IMG/VR virus record: IMGVR_UViG_3300032086_003078
Span: 24,414 to 88,413 of that record
Reading direction: 5' to 3' (one strand)
Source of the DNA: a virus
DNA length: 64,000 nucleotides
The notes beneath the pieces are model-generated. The model saw only the letters and a program-made list of their open reading frames with translations, did no database searches and had not been told where the DNA came from. Positions 1 to 10,472 of the stretch are shown here, one piece after another (positions within the stretch are counted from its first letter, which is position 1; each line of letters starts with the position of its first letter). A program made the translations under genes and the position numbers.

Positions 1-13
1 AGGGGATTAATCT

Positions 14-994
14 ATGTCTACTATGTTAGAACAAGCAATCGTTGACGCAAAGGCTCTTCGTGAAGCCGCTGTTAAAAGTGCTGAAGCCGCTATCGTCGAA
101 AAATACAACGACGAAGTAAAAGATGCTGTAAGCAAACTTTTGGAACAAGATGATGAAATGGATCTTGGGATGGATTCTGGCGCAGAGGCAGAGATTGATA
201 CTACTGCTATGGAGCAAGTCCCAATGGCTCATCTTTCAGATGAAGACGAAGACATCGTTGTCGTAGACCTTGATGACATTATTGCCGCTGCTGAGTCCGA
301 AGAGGGCGACGAGCTTGATGAGCCTATGCTTGATAGAGAAGAGATAGCAGATGAAATTGGACTTCCTCTTGAGGACGACTTGCCTGCTAATCGTGATGAC
401 GAAATAGAAATTGAGGAAGACAGGCTAGTTGACCTATTCAAAGAAATGTTGACTGTAGACGTCCCCCAAATTGAGCTTGACCGAGCCCAAGAGGAAATTG
501 CAAACGAAAACAATGATAGAGTAGAGCAAGATGAAGATCCTGACTCTTTCTATACTGACGGAATGGACAAGGAAGATGTTGAAAATCTCCGCCGCTCCGA
601 AGAACAAAACGAAAGCCTCCAGAAGGAAAATGCTGAACTCAAGCAACTTCTAGGGCAAGTAAAAGAAAAACTACAAGAAATAAACTTGCAAAACGCAAGG
701 TTATTATATGCGAACCGTGTGCTTGGAGATTCCTCCTTGAATGAGCAGCAAAAAGCTAAAATTGCTGAGTTAGTTTCTGGAGCACGTTCGGTAGAAGAAG
801 CGAAGATGGTCTATGAGACTCTTCAAAAGACAATGGCGGGTATTCAAAAGAGCGCCCCACAATCGTTGTCTGAAGCTGTAACTAAGAGATCATCTGTCAT
901 TCTTAGTGGGAATCGTACAGAGGAACGCACTACCGAATCCAGTCCAACATATAGTCGTTGGGCAACTCTCGCAGCAATAAACAAGACAAAATAA
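14..994 (+). CDS. Prohead scaffolding/core protein
   Basis: Very acidic, coiled-coil C-terminal half, immediately upstream of the major capsid gene; AGGGG RBS. Confidence 0.8.
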   Translation: MSTMLEQAIVDAKALREAAVKSAEAAIVEKYNDEVKDAVSKLLEQDDEMDLGMDSGAEAEIDTTAMEQVPMAHLSDEDEDIVVVDLDDIIAAAESEEGDELDEPMLDREEIADEIGLPLEDDLPANRDDEIEIEEDRLVDLFKEMLTVDVPQIELDRAQEEIANENNDRVEQDEDPDSFYTDGMDKEDVENLRRSEEQNESLQKENAELKQLLGQVKEKLQEINLQNARLLYANRVLGDSSLNEQQKAKIAELVSGARSVEEAKMVYETLQKTMAGIQKSAPQSLSEAVTKRSSVILSGNRTEERTTESSPTYSRWATLAAINKTK

Positions 995-1014
995 TATTTT
1001 AAGGAGAAATAAAA

Positions 1015-2766
1015 ATGTCTGTAATTAACACACTCACCGAAGGCATTAGACAACGCTCTCTTGCCAATGAAGGTGAAGCTCTTCTTGAGAAGTGGCAGAA
1101 GACTGGACTCCTCGAAGGACTTGACGACCACAAAGCTGGTTCGATGGCTCGCCTTCTTGAGAACCAAGCCGCTCAGCTTCTTAAGGAACAATCTACAATG
1201 GCTGCCGGCGATGTCGAAGGTTTTGCCTCTGTTGCTTTCCCAATCGTTCGTCGTGTATTCGGCAACCTTATCGCACAAGACCTAGTCTCAGTGCAACCAA
1301 TGTCTCTACCAAGTGGACTCATTTTCTTCCTTGACTTTGTGTTCTCTGTTGATGGTGGCATGGTTGATCCAACAGACGGCACCGACGGCTTCCGCCTAGG
1401 TCAGAGACAAGACACCTCTGTTTACGGTGGTGGCAAAGTTGGTTCTGGCATCATTGATGGCGTCGATCTAGGTGGCAACAACGGTCAGCTTTCTGCTTAC
1501 AGCTTGAATAACGGCTACTCTAGTCCAACAGGCTCTCAGACAGGTGTCGTTGAAGTTCTCGCCTCTGGTACTTTCGGCGACGTAGCTTCTATTCACGACT
1601 GGGCCGACGTTCTTCACAGTGATCCAGTATTTACCTCTGGTACATCTGGTTACCTCGTTGGTAAAATTCCAACACCTTCTAGCCTTAACAAGGATGACTT
1701 GGTAGCTGTTACCTTGTCTAGTTCTCTTGGTAACGCTGGTCTATTTGACGGCGGCGCTCGAAGCTGTTTCCAAGTACGTCGCTTGACACAGTTCTCTGGT
1801 ACAGCCGAAGACCACCTACTAGTTGTTTTGGCTCAGCCAACAATAGCTACTGCTGATGACGCACACACAATTCTTAGTGCTGCTGCCGGTGAGGTTGGTT
1901 CTAGCACCTTCCCAATTGTTGATGGCTTCAACAACGGCGGCGCTATTGGTTCTATAGTTGGTGAGGCAACTTGGGGTCTTGAAGCCCAAGCCGGCATCCC
2001 AGAAATCGACATCAAGGTTGATTCTACTGCCGTAACAGCTATCACCAAGAAGCTTAAGGCTAAGTGGTCTCCAGAGCTAGCTCAAGACTTGAATGCTTAC
2101 CACAACCTCGACGCTGAAGTTGAGTTGACAAGCATCCTTTCTGAGCAAGTTGCTCTTGAAATCGACCAAGAAATCCTTGAAGATCTCGTCAAGGGTGCTA
2201 CCGCTGGTACATTGTACTGGTCTCGCAGCCCAGGTAAGTTCCTCAACCGTGAAACAGGTCGTCGTCTTGTCGGCACCACATACCCTGACTTCACAGGTAC
2301 TGTCTCCGAATGGTACGAAACACTTCTTGAAACAGTCAACGAAGTAAGTGCTCGTATTCACCGTAAGACACTTCGTGGCGGCGCAAACTTTGTTGTTTGC
2401 TCTCCAGAAATGGCTAACATTCTTGAATTCACAAGCGGCTTCCGTGCCAACGTCAACGTTGATGCTGACGGCTCTTGGGGTGCTATGAATGTCGGTTCTA
2501 TTAGCCGTAAGATGGACATTATTGTCGATCCTTACTTTACCCGTAACTTGCTCCTTGTCGGTCGTAAGGGCTCTAGCTTCCTCGAAAGTGGATATGTTTA
2601 CGCTCCTTACGTCCCACTACAAGTCACACCAACCATCTTTGGTACAGAAGATTTCGTGCCCCGCAAGGGCGTCATGACTCGCTATGCCAAGAAGATGGTG
2701 CGTCCTGACATGTACGGACTAGTTATTTGTCAAGATTTGGTCTCTAACGTCGATCATGCGTCGTAA
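1015..2766 (+). CDS. Major capsid protein (T4 gp23-like) with large internal insertion
   Basis: VSVQPMSLPSGLIF, KLKAKWSPELAQDL, DAEVEL, YAPYVPL, PRKGVMTRYA gp23-family motifs; AAGGAG RBS. Confidence 0.95.
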   Translation: MSVINTLTEGIRQRSLANEGEALLEKWQKTGLLEGLDDHKAGSMARLLENQAAQLLKEQSTMAAGDVEGFASVAFPIVRRVFGNLIAQDLVSVQPMSLPSGLIFFLDFVFSVDGGMVDPTDGTDGFRLGQRQDTSVYGGGKVGSGIIDGVDLGGNNGQLSAYSLNNGYSSPTGSQTGVVEVLASGTFGDVASIHDWADVLHSDPVFTSGTSGYLVGKIPTPSSLNKDDLVAVTLSSSLGNAGLFDGGARSCFQVRRLTQFSGTAEDHLLVVLAQPTIATADDAHTILSAAAGEVGSSTFPIVDGFNNGGAIGSIVGEATWGLEAQAGIPEIDIKVDSTAVTAITKKLKAKWSPELAQDLNAYHNLDAEVELTSILSEQVALEIDQEILEDLVKGATAGTLYWSRSPGKFLNRETGRRLVGTTYPDFTGTVSEWYETLLETVNEVSARIHRKTLRGGANFVVCSPEMANILEFTSGFRANVNVDADGSWGAMNVGSISRKMDIIVDPYFTRNLLLVGRKGSSFLESGYVYAPYVPLQVTPTIFGTEDFVPRKGVMTRYAKKMVRPDMYGLVICQDLVSNVDHAS

Positions 2767-2818
2767 GAATCGGTAAGTCGATGACATAATCTTTGTTCGA
2801 ATGAATAAAGATATAGGG

Positions 2819-2845
2819 AACCCCGTCCTTGTGGCGGGGTTTTCT
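2819..2845 (+). terminator. Intrinsic terminator after capsid gene
   Basis: AACCCCGTC-loop-GGCGGGGTT followed by T-rich tract. Confidence 0.75.
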
Positions 2846-2875
2846 TATTAGTGGGATAAAATAAGAAAGTCTAAA

Positions 2876-2883
2876 ACTATTTA
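2876..2883 (+). promoter_or_regulatory. Putative late promoter motif ACTATTTA
   Basis: Motif recurs in intergenic gaps shortly upstream of structural genes. Confidence 0.6.
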
Positions 2884-2902
2884 TACAAAGCGAGGAAGTT
2901 AG

Positions 2903-4153
2903 ATGCCAACTAATCTACAACCAGTTAGCACCACAAGTGCTGTTGTTCTGCCTTCGACAGGGACCCACTCCGATGTAGAGTCTGCTTTGTCTTATGGTGT
3001 GTATACCACAGATGCATTCATTAGTGGTGCAGTAGATCAAGTATCTTATACCTACAATAAGTTAGGTGGTAGAGTTCTTGATTTAGAAATAACACCAGAA
3101 ATAGTTTATAATGCATATGAAGAAGCGTGCTTAGAGTATTCTTACTTGGTAAACACACACCAAGCTAAGAATGTCCTTTCTGACATGCTAGGTAACACTA
3201 CAGGGTCTTTTGACCAGGACGGTGAGTTTACTGAATATGCTAATGGCACAGATGTAAAGCCAAATTTGAAATTTCCTCGTTTTCAGCTTGGGTATGCCAC
3301 CCATGTTGGGCGTGGGAGTAGCGTCCATGCCGGCATAGGTGCATCACAAACAGTTTATTCTGCTTCTTTTGTTCCTCGAAACGACGTTCAAGACTATGAT
3401 CTTCAGGCAATCATATATTCTGCCTCATTAGAAGCAGATTCACCATTCCAAGATGCCGTAGGCAGAAGTGCAATAACAATACAGAGAGTGTACTATCGGA
3501 CACCACAGACAATGTGGAGCTTTTTTGGAGGATATTCCATAGGGGCAGTTGGCAACCTGTCAACTTATGGGATGTATGCGGATGATAGTGCATTTCAGCT
3601 AGTACCAGCATGGCAAAATGTCCTACAGGCTTATGCTTTTGAAGAAGACATGAATGTCCGTGCATCACATTACTCTTTTAGGATCAATAATAATAAACTA
3701 AGAATTTTCCCAACCCCTGACGGACTAAATCCCGATAGATTTTGGGTAGACTTTAGAGTATCTGAAGACGCTTTCCAGGAAGAGTTTGATAGAAAATATG
3801 GTGCTGATGGTGTTAATAATATGAATACACTTCCATTTCCAAATGTACCATATAAAAATATCAATAGCATTGGCAAGCAGTGGATTAGAAGATTCGCTCT
3901 ATCTCTATCTAAAGAAACTCTGGGACAAGTTCGTTCAAAGTTGGCTAGTATACCAATACCTGGAAACGAGGTAACCCTAAACGGACCATCTTTAATATCA
4001 GAAGCAAAAGACGAGCAAAATGCTCTCAGGGATGAATTGAAGACTGTTCTTGATGAGATGGCTTATGGTGCCCTCATGGAAGGTGATGCACAATTGCAAA
4101 ACAACTTGTCTGAAGTAATCAAACATGTGCCAACTGGCATATACGTAGGATAA
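2903..4153 (+). CDS. Neck/head-tail adaptor protein (gp13-like)
   Basis: Position after MCP; WIRRFALSLSKETLGQVRSK...IPG..VTLNG C-terminal pattern of gp13-like neck proteins. Confidence 0.75.
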   Translation: MPTNLQPVSTTSAVVLPSTGTHSDVESALSYGVYTTDAFISGAVDQVSYTYNKLGGRVLDLEITPEIVYNAYEEACLEYSYLVNTHQAKNVLSDMLGNTTGSFDQDGEFTEYANGTDVKPNLKFPRFQLGYATHVGRGSSVHAGIGASQTVYSASFVPRNDVQDYDLQAIIYSASLEADSPFQDAVGRSAITIQRVYYRTPQTMWSFFGGYSIGAVGNLSTYGMYADDSAFQLVPAWQNVLQAYAFEEDMNVRASHYSFRINNNKLRIFPTPDGLNPDRFWVDFRVSEDAFQEEFDRKYGADGVNNMNTLPFPNVPYKNINSIGKQWIRRFALSLSKETLGQVRSKLASIPIPGNEVTLNGPSLISEAKDEQNALRDELKTVLDEMAYGALMEGDAQLQNNLSEVIKHVPTGIYVG

Positions 4154-4157
4154 TTAG

Positions 4158-4673
4158 ATGGCTTCACGAAACAGATGGACTCAACCTAGCTCGCCACCAC
4201 CACCTCTTTTTGTTGGAAAAGCAGAGCGTGACTTTGTTAAGCAAATAAATGACGAAATAATAGAACACGTCATAGGTCAGCAGTTATTGTATTTTCCAAT
4301 CGATAGAAATAGAACAAATTATAATGAACTATATGGAGAAGCAATAGACAAGACTTTTCTTCCTCCTATTAGAGTTTATAGCTTGGTAGAGTTCAATGGT
4401 TCTGATAGAAAACAGGAAGAATATGGCTTTGACAACCTCTATAACATAACAGTTCACTTTCACAAAAGAAGATTGACACAAGATCAAAATTTATTTGCTC
4501 GTCTCGGAGATTTCGTGCAATATGATGGAATGTACTTTGAGATAGTAGATATTTCTGAACCAAGATATCTGTTCGGACAGGACAGTGATTTTGCCGACGG
4601 CACTTCTTTGGAAATCTCAGCAGTCTGTAGACAAGCTAGAAAAGGTTTATTCAATCCTGGAAAAAACATTTGA
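4158..4673 (+). CDS. Head closure/neck protein (gp14-like)
   Basis: YNELYGEA..K.F, GDFVQY..YFEI pattern; gene order. Confidence 0.7.
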   Translation: MASRNRWTQPSSPPPPLFVGKAERDFVKQINDEIIEHVIGQQLLYFPIDRNRTNYNELYGEAIDKTFLPPIRVYSLVEFNGSDRKQEEYGFDNLYNITVHFHKRRLTQDQNLFARLGDFVQYDGMYFEIVDISEPRYLFGQDSDFADGTSLEISAVCRQARKGLFNPGKNI

Positions 4674-4685
4674 GGAAAATAGCCA

Positions 4686-5576
4686 ATGCCTAAGAGAACA
4701 GATTTAAATGAAAAATTAGAGTCTGAATATCCTTTCTCACCGTCTACTCTGGAGAGTATCGATAAAGCTCTTTATAATTTTATAAACGATGATCTAAATG
4801 TATCCTGTGACACTAACAGTGGCTTCAAGAAAGTACCAATAATCTTTGCTACTCCAGAAAGGGCATTTCAAATAAAAGACATACCAGATGAGGGCAGCAT
4901 CAGAACGGATGGTAGGGTCCTAGAGTACCCCTTGATTTCGATTATTCGAACCAATCTTGTAAAGAACCCTCAAAACAAAGCAAAATACGGAGTACACATA
5001 CCTCCATACTACGATTTCTATAAAAAGGGTGGCTCTATCCCAATAGCTAGAAGGGTGGTACAGGACAAAACAAGAAACTTTGCCAATGCTGAGGCTAAAA
5101 AAAGGTTCGGAGCAAGTACAAACGAAAATTATGACAACTTTCCGTTCCAAAATAAAGAGGTTGTGTATGAAACATTGTATGCACCAATGCCTACCTATGT
5201 CGAAGTCAACTATGACATTAAAATGATCTCTAACTACCAGCAACAAATGAACCAAATGCTGGCTCCTTTCCTAGCCAGGTTCTCAACGCCAGCCGTTTTT
5301 AACATTTATCATGAAAAAAACACATATGAGGCTTTTGTGGAGCAAAACTTTAACAACGAGAGCAATAATGCGGGATTACAGACCGACGAAAGGATCTTTA
5401 GGACCACTGCTAATATTAAAGTTTTGGGATATCTTGTCGGGGAGCAGGAAAATCAAGAGACACCCGCTGTAATTGTCCGTGAATCTGCTGCGAAAGTTAC
5501 TATTGGCAGAGAAAGAGTTGTTGTTGGTGACGAACCAGAATTTCACGCAGGAAGAAAAGATAAATATAGACGATAA
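4686..5576 (+). CDS. Tail terminator/sheath stabiliser (gp15-like)
   Basis: KVPIIFATPER, P.ISI.R, P.YV.V.Y motifs; precedes sheath gene. Confidence 0.65.
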   Translation: MPKRTDLNEKLESEYPFSPSTLESIDKALYNFINDDLNVSCDTNSGFKKVPIIFATPERAFQIKDIPDEGSIRTDGRVLEYPLISIIRTNLVKNPQNKAKYGVHIPPYYDFYKKGGSIPIARRVVQDKTRNFANAEAKKRFGASTNENYDNFPFQNKEVVYETLYAPMPTYVEVNYDIKMISNYQQQMNQMLAPFLARFSTPAVFNIYHEKNTYEAFVEQNFNNESNNAGLQTDERIFRTTANIKVLGYLVGEQENQETPAVIVRESAAKVTIGRERVVVGDEPEFHAGRKDKYRR

Positions 5577-5604
5577 TCTAGTAGGGAGTTTGGAAATACG
5601 ACCT

Positions 5605-5612
5605 ACTATTTA
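5605..5612 (+). promoter_or_regulatory. Putative late promoter motif ACTATTTA
   Basis: Intergenic, upstream of sheath gene. Confidence 0.6.
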
Positions 5613-5675
5613 TTATTGGTGTTTAGTGTATAAACCCTGCGAATATTTTATGCTAACCGAGGAGAAAACATTTCG

Positions 5676-8600
5676 ATGGCTGATAACTCTTCCAGAAAAT
5701 TTAAGTTTATATCACCTGGTGTCTTCATTAAGGAGATCGACAACTCAGAGCTTCCTGCTGTACCAGCAGAAGTTGGTCCTCTTCTAATAGGAAGAGCCAG
5801 GAAAGGTCCGGCTAACAAGCCAGTTCAAATAACCTCATACTCTGACTTCGTTCAGACTTTTGGTAACCCATCTGCTGGTAATGAAGGTGGTGATGTTTGG
5901 CGTGTTGGTGATTTTAATGCTCCAACCTATGCTCCTTTTGCAGCAAAAGCGTGGCTTGCTAGCAGCAATCCAATTACTTATATCAGAGCGCTTGGTGATG
6001 AGTCAGAAGGATATACTGCTGCAACTGGTCGAGCCGGGTGGAACCTAGATGCTACACAAGGGACGTCTTTAGCTCAAGGTGGTGCCTATGGTCTTCTTGT
6101 TTTCCCAAGTGGCAGTGGAACTGAGAATTTGACTGGTACTCTTGCAGCACAGTTTTACTGCCAAGACAGCCGAGTTCTTTTGTCGGGTAGTGTTAGAGGT
6201 ACTGATAATGGCGGTTCGTTTGGTTCTACCCTGATTGATTTGGGTACAAACCTAGATAGCATTCCTTTGGTGTTTACTGGTAGCGATATGAACCATAAAG
6301 AGTTTGTTAGTTTTAACGAAAGCAAACCAAATTATATTCGTAGGGTTCTCAATACAGACCCAACAGTCACAAACAGTACAATTACAAACAGTGAAACTCA
6401 AACATTTTATCAAGGCGGAAAGTACTTTCTTGGAGAAACATACGAGAACCGTATTGGTGAGGGTTCTTCTACATCACTAGGTCTTTTGAATGTTGGCGGT
6501 GGTGTTAGTAAATATTATGGTGCCATTGTTCCAATGGTAACTAAAACTGCTGCTACAACATTTACTAACGATCAGGCTAATTTCTTGGGCGCAGCAAGAA
6601 AAGCATCTACAGGATGGTTCTTCTCTCAAGACCTCGGATCAAACCCAGCCGCATACGCACACAAGAACATGCAGAGGTTGTTCCGTATTGAAGCATTAAC
6701 CGCTGGTGAAAACTTCAATAGAGATGTAAAGATTTCTATCGCAAACATTAAAGCAGGCAGAGGAGACTTCCAACCTTATGGCAGCTTCTCTCTTCTAGTT
6801 CGTTCCTTGAATGACACTGATAACAATCAAGTTATCTTGGAAAGATATGACAACTTGAACTTGAATCCTGCTTCTCCAAATTATATCGCTGCTCGAATTG
6901 GTGATAAATATCAAGTCTATTCTCAGGCAGAGAAGAGATCCACAGAATACGGTGAATTTGAAAATAGATCAAATTATATTAGAGTTGTAATGGATCCTGA
7001 TATCGCTGCTGGTATTGGTGAGACTAGGTTGCTACCTTTTGGTGTTTTTGGACCACCTAAATATCGAGACGTAACAATTACCTCTGGTTCAACAGGTTTG
7101 CAAAATCTTGCTTCAATACCCGATGGAGACCCAGTAACAGCGGCAGGTCCACTTTCTGCTCTAACCATGATTGCTCCTGGCGCTTCAGCATCTTTTGGCG
7201 CTGACGGTCACGATATTCAAGATAAAGGAACATATGTTGCTGCACCTCTTCTTATGAGATATGCTGATGATCGAGCCAGAGGGGATGTTCTTACAACTAA
7301 ATTTACAGGTTCAATTAAATTCCCAGCACCTGTTTGCAGAGCCAGTTCTTTACAAGGTTCTCCAAGGTCTCTAGATAACACATTCTGGGGTGTCTGGACT
7401 GGTAAAGCCTGGAACAACGCTCAATATAATCATGAGATGTCTGACTATCTTAGACCAAGAAACTTTGACGCATCTAGCGAGTCTTCTGTTTATGATCCAG
7501 CACAGGATGTTGATGGTGAGACCACAAATAGTGGCTCTAGCCCTCTTGTTCTTTCATACGCATTCTCTCTTGATGATGTTGCTGGAACTCTCAATGGCAC
7601 CGCACTTAGCGGCGCTGCTACTTGGGCCAGCGGTAACAGAGCCGGCTCAACTAGTATTAGTGCAAACTACAGCTACACTGGCACACTAGATGCAGGTATA
7701 GATAGGTTCACCACAGTTCTTGCTGGTGGGTCTGATGGCTATAATAAAACTGAGCGTGATCCATTTGCAAACAAAGATATGGATGGGAAAACAGAACAAA
7801 CATCTTATGGGTTGTTCTCCCTACGCAAGGCTGTAAACATTGCATCTGATCCCGAAGTGGTCCAGATGAATGCAATATCAATTCCAGGCGTTTGGGCTCC
7901 AGGAGTAACAAATTATGTTCTTGACACAGCAGAGTCAAGAGGTGATGCTCTTGCAGTGGTTGATTTGCAGTACGGCTGGACTCCTCAAGCCGAAACAAAT
8001 GACGATCCAGTTACAGCAAACGCAGGAAACACTCCAAAAGCTGCTGCTGATGCTCTTGCTAATAGAAGCATAAACAACAGTTACGGTGCTGCATACTATC
8101 CATGGGTACGCATCTATGATGATAACTCAGATAGATCTTTGTGGGCTCCACCTAGCGTCGCAGCTTTGGGTGTTCTATCTAACACAGATAGGCTTCGTGC
8201 CCCATGGTTCGCTCCCGCTGGATTCACCAGAGGTGGGCTTTCTGAGGGTGCTGCTGGTATTCCTGTTACAGATGTAACTCGTCGCTTGACTTCTGACGAT
8301 AGAGACTTGTTGTATGACAACAACATTAACCCTATCGCCAAGTTCCCTGCTGAAGGAATTGTTGTTTTCGGTCAAAAGACCTTACAACAGACAGCATCAG
8401 CCCTTGATCGAATCAATGTTCGTCGCTTGATGATCTACTTGAAGCGTGAAATTTCATTCATCGCCTCAAGACTATTGTTCGGTCCAAATACCTCAGTAAC
8501 CTGGGATACCTTCAAGGGGCAGGCTCTTCCAATCCTTAGAGATGTGAAGACAGATTTTGGTATTGAAGACTTCAAGTTGATTTTGGACGAATCTACCACT

Positions 8601-8723
8601 ACGCCTGACTTGGTTGACAGAAACATAATCTATGCTAAGTTGCTAGTAAAACCAACTCGTGCAGTTGAGTACTTTGCTATTGACTTCGTAGTCACAAATA
8701 GTGGAGCATCTTTCGAGGATTAA
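5676..8723 (+). CDS. Contractile tail sheath protein
   Basis: SPGVFIKEID N-terminus; PWFAPAG..RG, INPI, FGQKTL, RINVRRL C-terminal sheath motifs. Confidence 0.95.
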   Translation: MADNSSRKFKFISPGVFIKEIDNSELPAVPAEVGPLLIGRARKGPANKPVQITSYSDFVQTFGNPSAGNEGGDVWRVGDFNAPTYAPFAAKAWLASSNPITYIRALGDESEGYTAATGRAGWNLDATQGTSLAQGGAYGLLVFPSGSGTENLTGTLAAQFYCQDSRVLLSGSVRGTDNGGSFGSTLIDLGTNLDSIPLVFTGSDMNHKEFVSFNESKPNYIRRVLNTDPTVTNSTITNSETQTFYQGGKYFLGETYENRIGEGSSTSLGLLNVGGGVSKYYGAIVPMVTKTAATTFTNDQANFLGAARKASTGWFFSQDLGSNPAAYAHKNMQRLFRIEALTAGENFNRDVKISIANIKAGRGDFQPYGSFSLLVRSLNDTDNNQVILERYDNLNLNPASPNYIAARIGDKYQVYSQAEKRSTEYGEFENRSNYIRVVMDPDIAAGIGETRLLPFGVFGPPKYRDVTITSGSTGLQNLASIPDGDPVTAAGPLSALTMIAPGASASFGADGHDIQDKGTYVAAPLLMRYADDRARGDVLTTKFTGSIKFPAPVCRASSLQGSPRSLDNTFWGVWTGKAWNNAQYNHEMSDYLRPRNFDASSESSVYDPAQDVDGETTNSGSSPLVLSYAFSLDDVAGTLNGTALSGAATWASGNRAGSTSISANYSYTGTLDAGIDRFTTVLAGGSDGYNKTERDPFANKDMDGKTEQTSYGLFSLRKAVNIASDPEVVQMNAISIPGVWAPGVTNYVLDTAESRGDALAVVDLQYGWTPQAETNDDPVTANAGNTPKAAADALANRSINNSYGAAYYPWVRIYDDNSDRSLWAPPSVAALGVLSNTDRLRAPWFAPAGFTRGGLSEGAAGIPVTDVTRRLTSDDRDLLYDNNINPIAKFPAEGIVVFGQKTLQQTASALDRINVRRLMIYLKREISFIASRLLFGPNTSVTWDTFKGQALPILRDVKTDFGIEDFKLILDESTTTPDLVDRNIIYAKLLVKPTRAVEYFAIDFVVTNSGASFED

Positions 8724-8733
8724 TTGAGATGCT

Positions 8734-8741
8734 ACTACTTA
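8734..8741 (+). promoter_or_regulatory. Putative late promoter motif ACTACTTA
   Basis: Intergenic, upstream of tube gene RBS. Confidence 0.6.
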
Positions 8742-8762
8742 CTATAAGGAGCTAAAAAACAA

Positions 8763-9332
8763 ATGGCAAGTCTATTTTGGACCAATTCAAAAAGCGAACC
8801 AAAACGCAGGTACCGATTTGAACTGAGTTTTTCTTCTCGTGGTGACGAGACCAGGGGTTCTATTCCAGTCTGGACTGTGAAGACCGCTGCTAAGCCTCGT
8901 GCATCAGTCAATGTAGTAGAACATCAGTACATCGATCACACATTCAAGTACCCTGGAAGAGTAACCTGGGAAACCATCCAGGTAACATTGGTTGATCCTG
9001 TCAACCCTGACTTGTCATACTCTTTCCTTGATGTTCTAGGCGCTGCTGGTTACAAGTATCCAACCGACGCTGCTCTCTCTAAGAACAGCTTGAGCAAAGA
9101 TGCTTTCAGAAGAGCCATTGGTTCTGTGTTCCTTAAGCAGCTTGACGACCAAGGTAGACCAATCGAAGAGTGGGAACTTATCAACCCATTCATCACCAGC
9201 ATTGACTTTGGTGGAACTTTGAGCTATGAAGATGACATGATGAATGAGATCACCATTGAACTAGCGTTCGATTGGGCTCAGTTGAACTTCACAACTCAAG
9301 GCGTCCCTAGTAGCACAGGACAGGGCGCATAA
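8763..9332 (+). CDS. Tail tube protein (gp19-like)
   Basis: EPKRRYRF, KYPGRVTWE, EEWEL..PF, DFG.LSY motifs; follows sheath. Confidence 0.9.
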   Translation: MASLFWTNSKSEPKRRYRFELSFSSRGDETRGSIPVWTVKTAAKPRASVNVVEHQYIDHTFKYPGRVTWETIQVTLVDPVNPDLSYSFLDVLGAAGYKYPTDAALSKNSLSKDAFRRAIGSVFLKQLDDQGRPIEEWELINPFITSIDFGGTLSYEDDMMNEITIELAFDWAQLNFTTQGVPSSTGQGA

Positions 9333-9389
9333 AAAATAAACAAATTTTCAATAGTGTAATACTATTAGAAAAAAGAAAGGTTATAAAAT

Positions 9390-10253
9390 ATGAGTAGAAA
9401 CCAGAATAGACTGGGAATTGAAGAAGAAAAATTCTTACAGGACGAGACACCCGCACCTTTCACAGGTCAGGAGTCTGGTCCTGCTTTTAATTGGTCTGTA
9501 CCAACAGAACTAGTTGAACTACCTAGCAAGGGTCTGTTTTACCCAGCAAATCACCCTCTTCATAAACAAGAGACTGTTGAGATTCGCTACATGACAGCGA
9601 AAGAAGAAGATTTGCTAACTTCTAGAGCACTTCTCAGAGAAGGCGTAGCATTAGACCGTATGCTTGCTAATCTCCTTGTAGATAGAAGCATTGATATCGG
9701 CACTTTGCTCCTCGGCGACAAAAATGCACTTTTAGTAGCTGCCAGAAGAACAGGGTACGGACCAGAGTATGAGACCTCTGTCACCTGTCCTTCGTGCGAA
9801 GAGAAATCAGAATTCTCTTTTGATATCTCTGAACCAAAGTCTGTTGAGTTTGAAGAGCAAGCCAATGCATGGGGTGTCTCTTATAGCGATGAGGGACATG
9901 TCAACATTAAGTTACCCATGACAAAGGCTGTAGTTACTTGTCGTTTGTTGACCTCAGAGGATGAAGTGAGGCTAGCAAAAGAGTTGCAGCGCAAAGAGAA
10001 GAAAAAAATAACATCCTCATCTACTACCGATACTCTAAGGGCAATTATCGTCGCAGTAAATGGAGACTCAGACAGAGTGACCCTAGAGTCTTTCATACAG
10101 GCTATGCCAGCTAGAGATGGTAGAACATTTCGAATGATTTATGGAGATATTACTCCAAACATTGATTTAACCCAATTTTTTGAATGTGGCAATTGCGGTC
10201 ATGGAGCGGACCTGGAGGTTCCGCTGGGTATTGACTTTTTTTGGCCTGGGTGA
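9390..10253 (+). CDS. Baseplate hub/tail assembly chaperone (gp26-like)
   Basis: VELPSKG, MTAKEED, two CxxC motifs, ends FFWP. Confidence 0.75.
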   Translation: MSRNQNRLGIEEEKFLQDETPAPFTGQESGPAFNWSVPTELVELPSKGLFYPANHPLHKQETVEIRYMTAKEEDLLTSRALLREGVALDRMLANLLVDRSIDIGTLLLGDKNALLVAARRTGYGPEYETSVTCPSCEEKSEFSFDISEPKSVEFEEQANAWGVSYSDEGHVNIKLPMTKAVVTCRLLTSEDEVRLAKELQRKEKKKITSSSTTDTLRAIIVAVNGDSDRVTLESFIQAMPARDGRTFRMIYGDITPNIDLTQFFECGNCGHGADLEVPLGIDFFWPG

Positions 10254-10449
10254 TGACTATATCGAAGCTGTATACGAACAACTCTTCCAATTGAAATATT
10301 ATGGCGGTTGGAGCTTCTTTGAATCATACAATCTGCCTGTAAGTGTTCGAATGTGGTTTTTAGAGCGATTGATAAAGCAAAAGCAAGACGAGAATGAGGC
10401 AAGCAAGAAAGCATCATCCTCTTCTCGTGGCAAATCCTTTAGAACGTGA
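10237..10449 (+). CDS. gp51-like C-terminal domain, probably expressed by frameshift from the upstream gene
   Basis: YEQLFQLKYYGGWSF.E.YNLP...R.W pattern; no credible own start/RBS; begins at a T7 run. Confidence 0.6.
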   Translation, partial: FFGLGDDYIEAVYEQLFQLKYYGGWSFFESYNLPVSVRMWFLERLIKQKQDENEASKKASSSSRGKSFRT

Positions 10450-10464
10450 TAATATTATTTAGAT

Positions 10465-10472
10465 ACTATTTA
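10465..10472 (+). promoter_or_regulatory. Putative late promoter motif ACTATTTA
   Basis: Intergenic motif copy. Confidence 0.6.
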
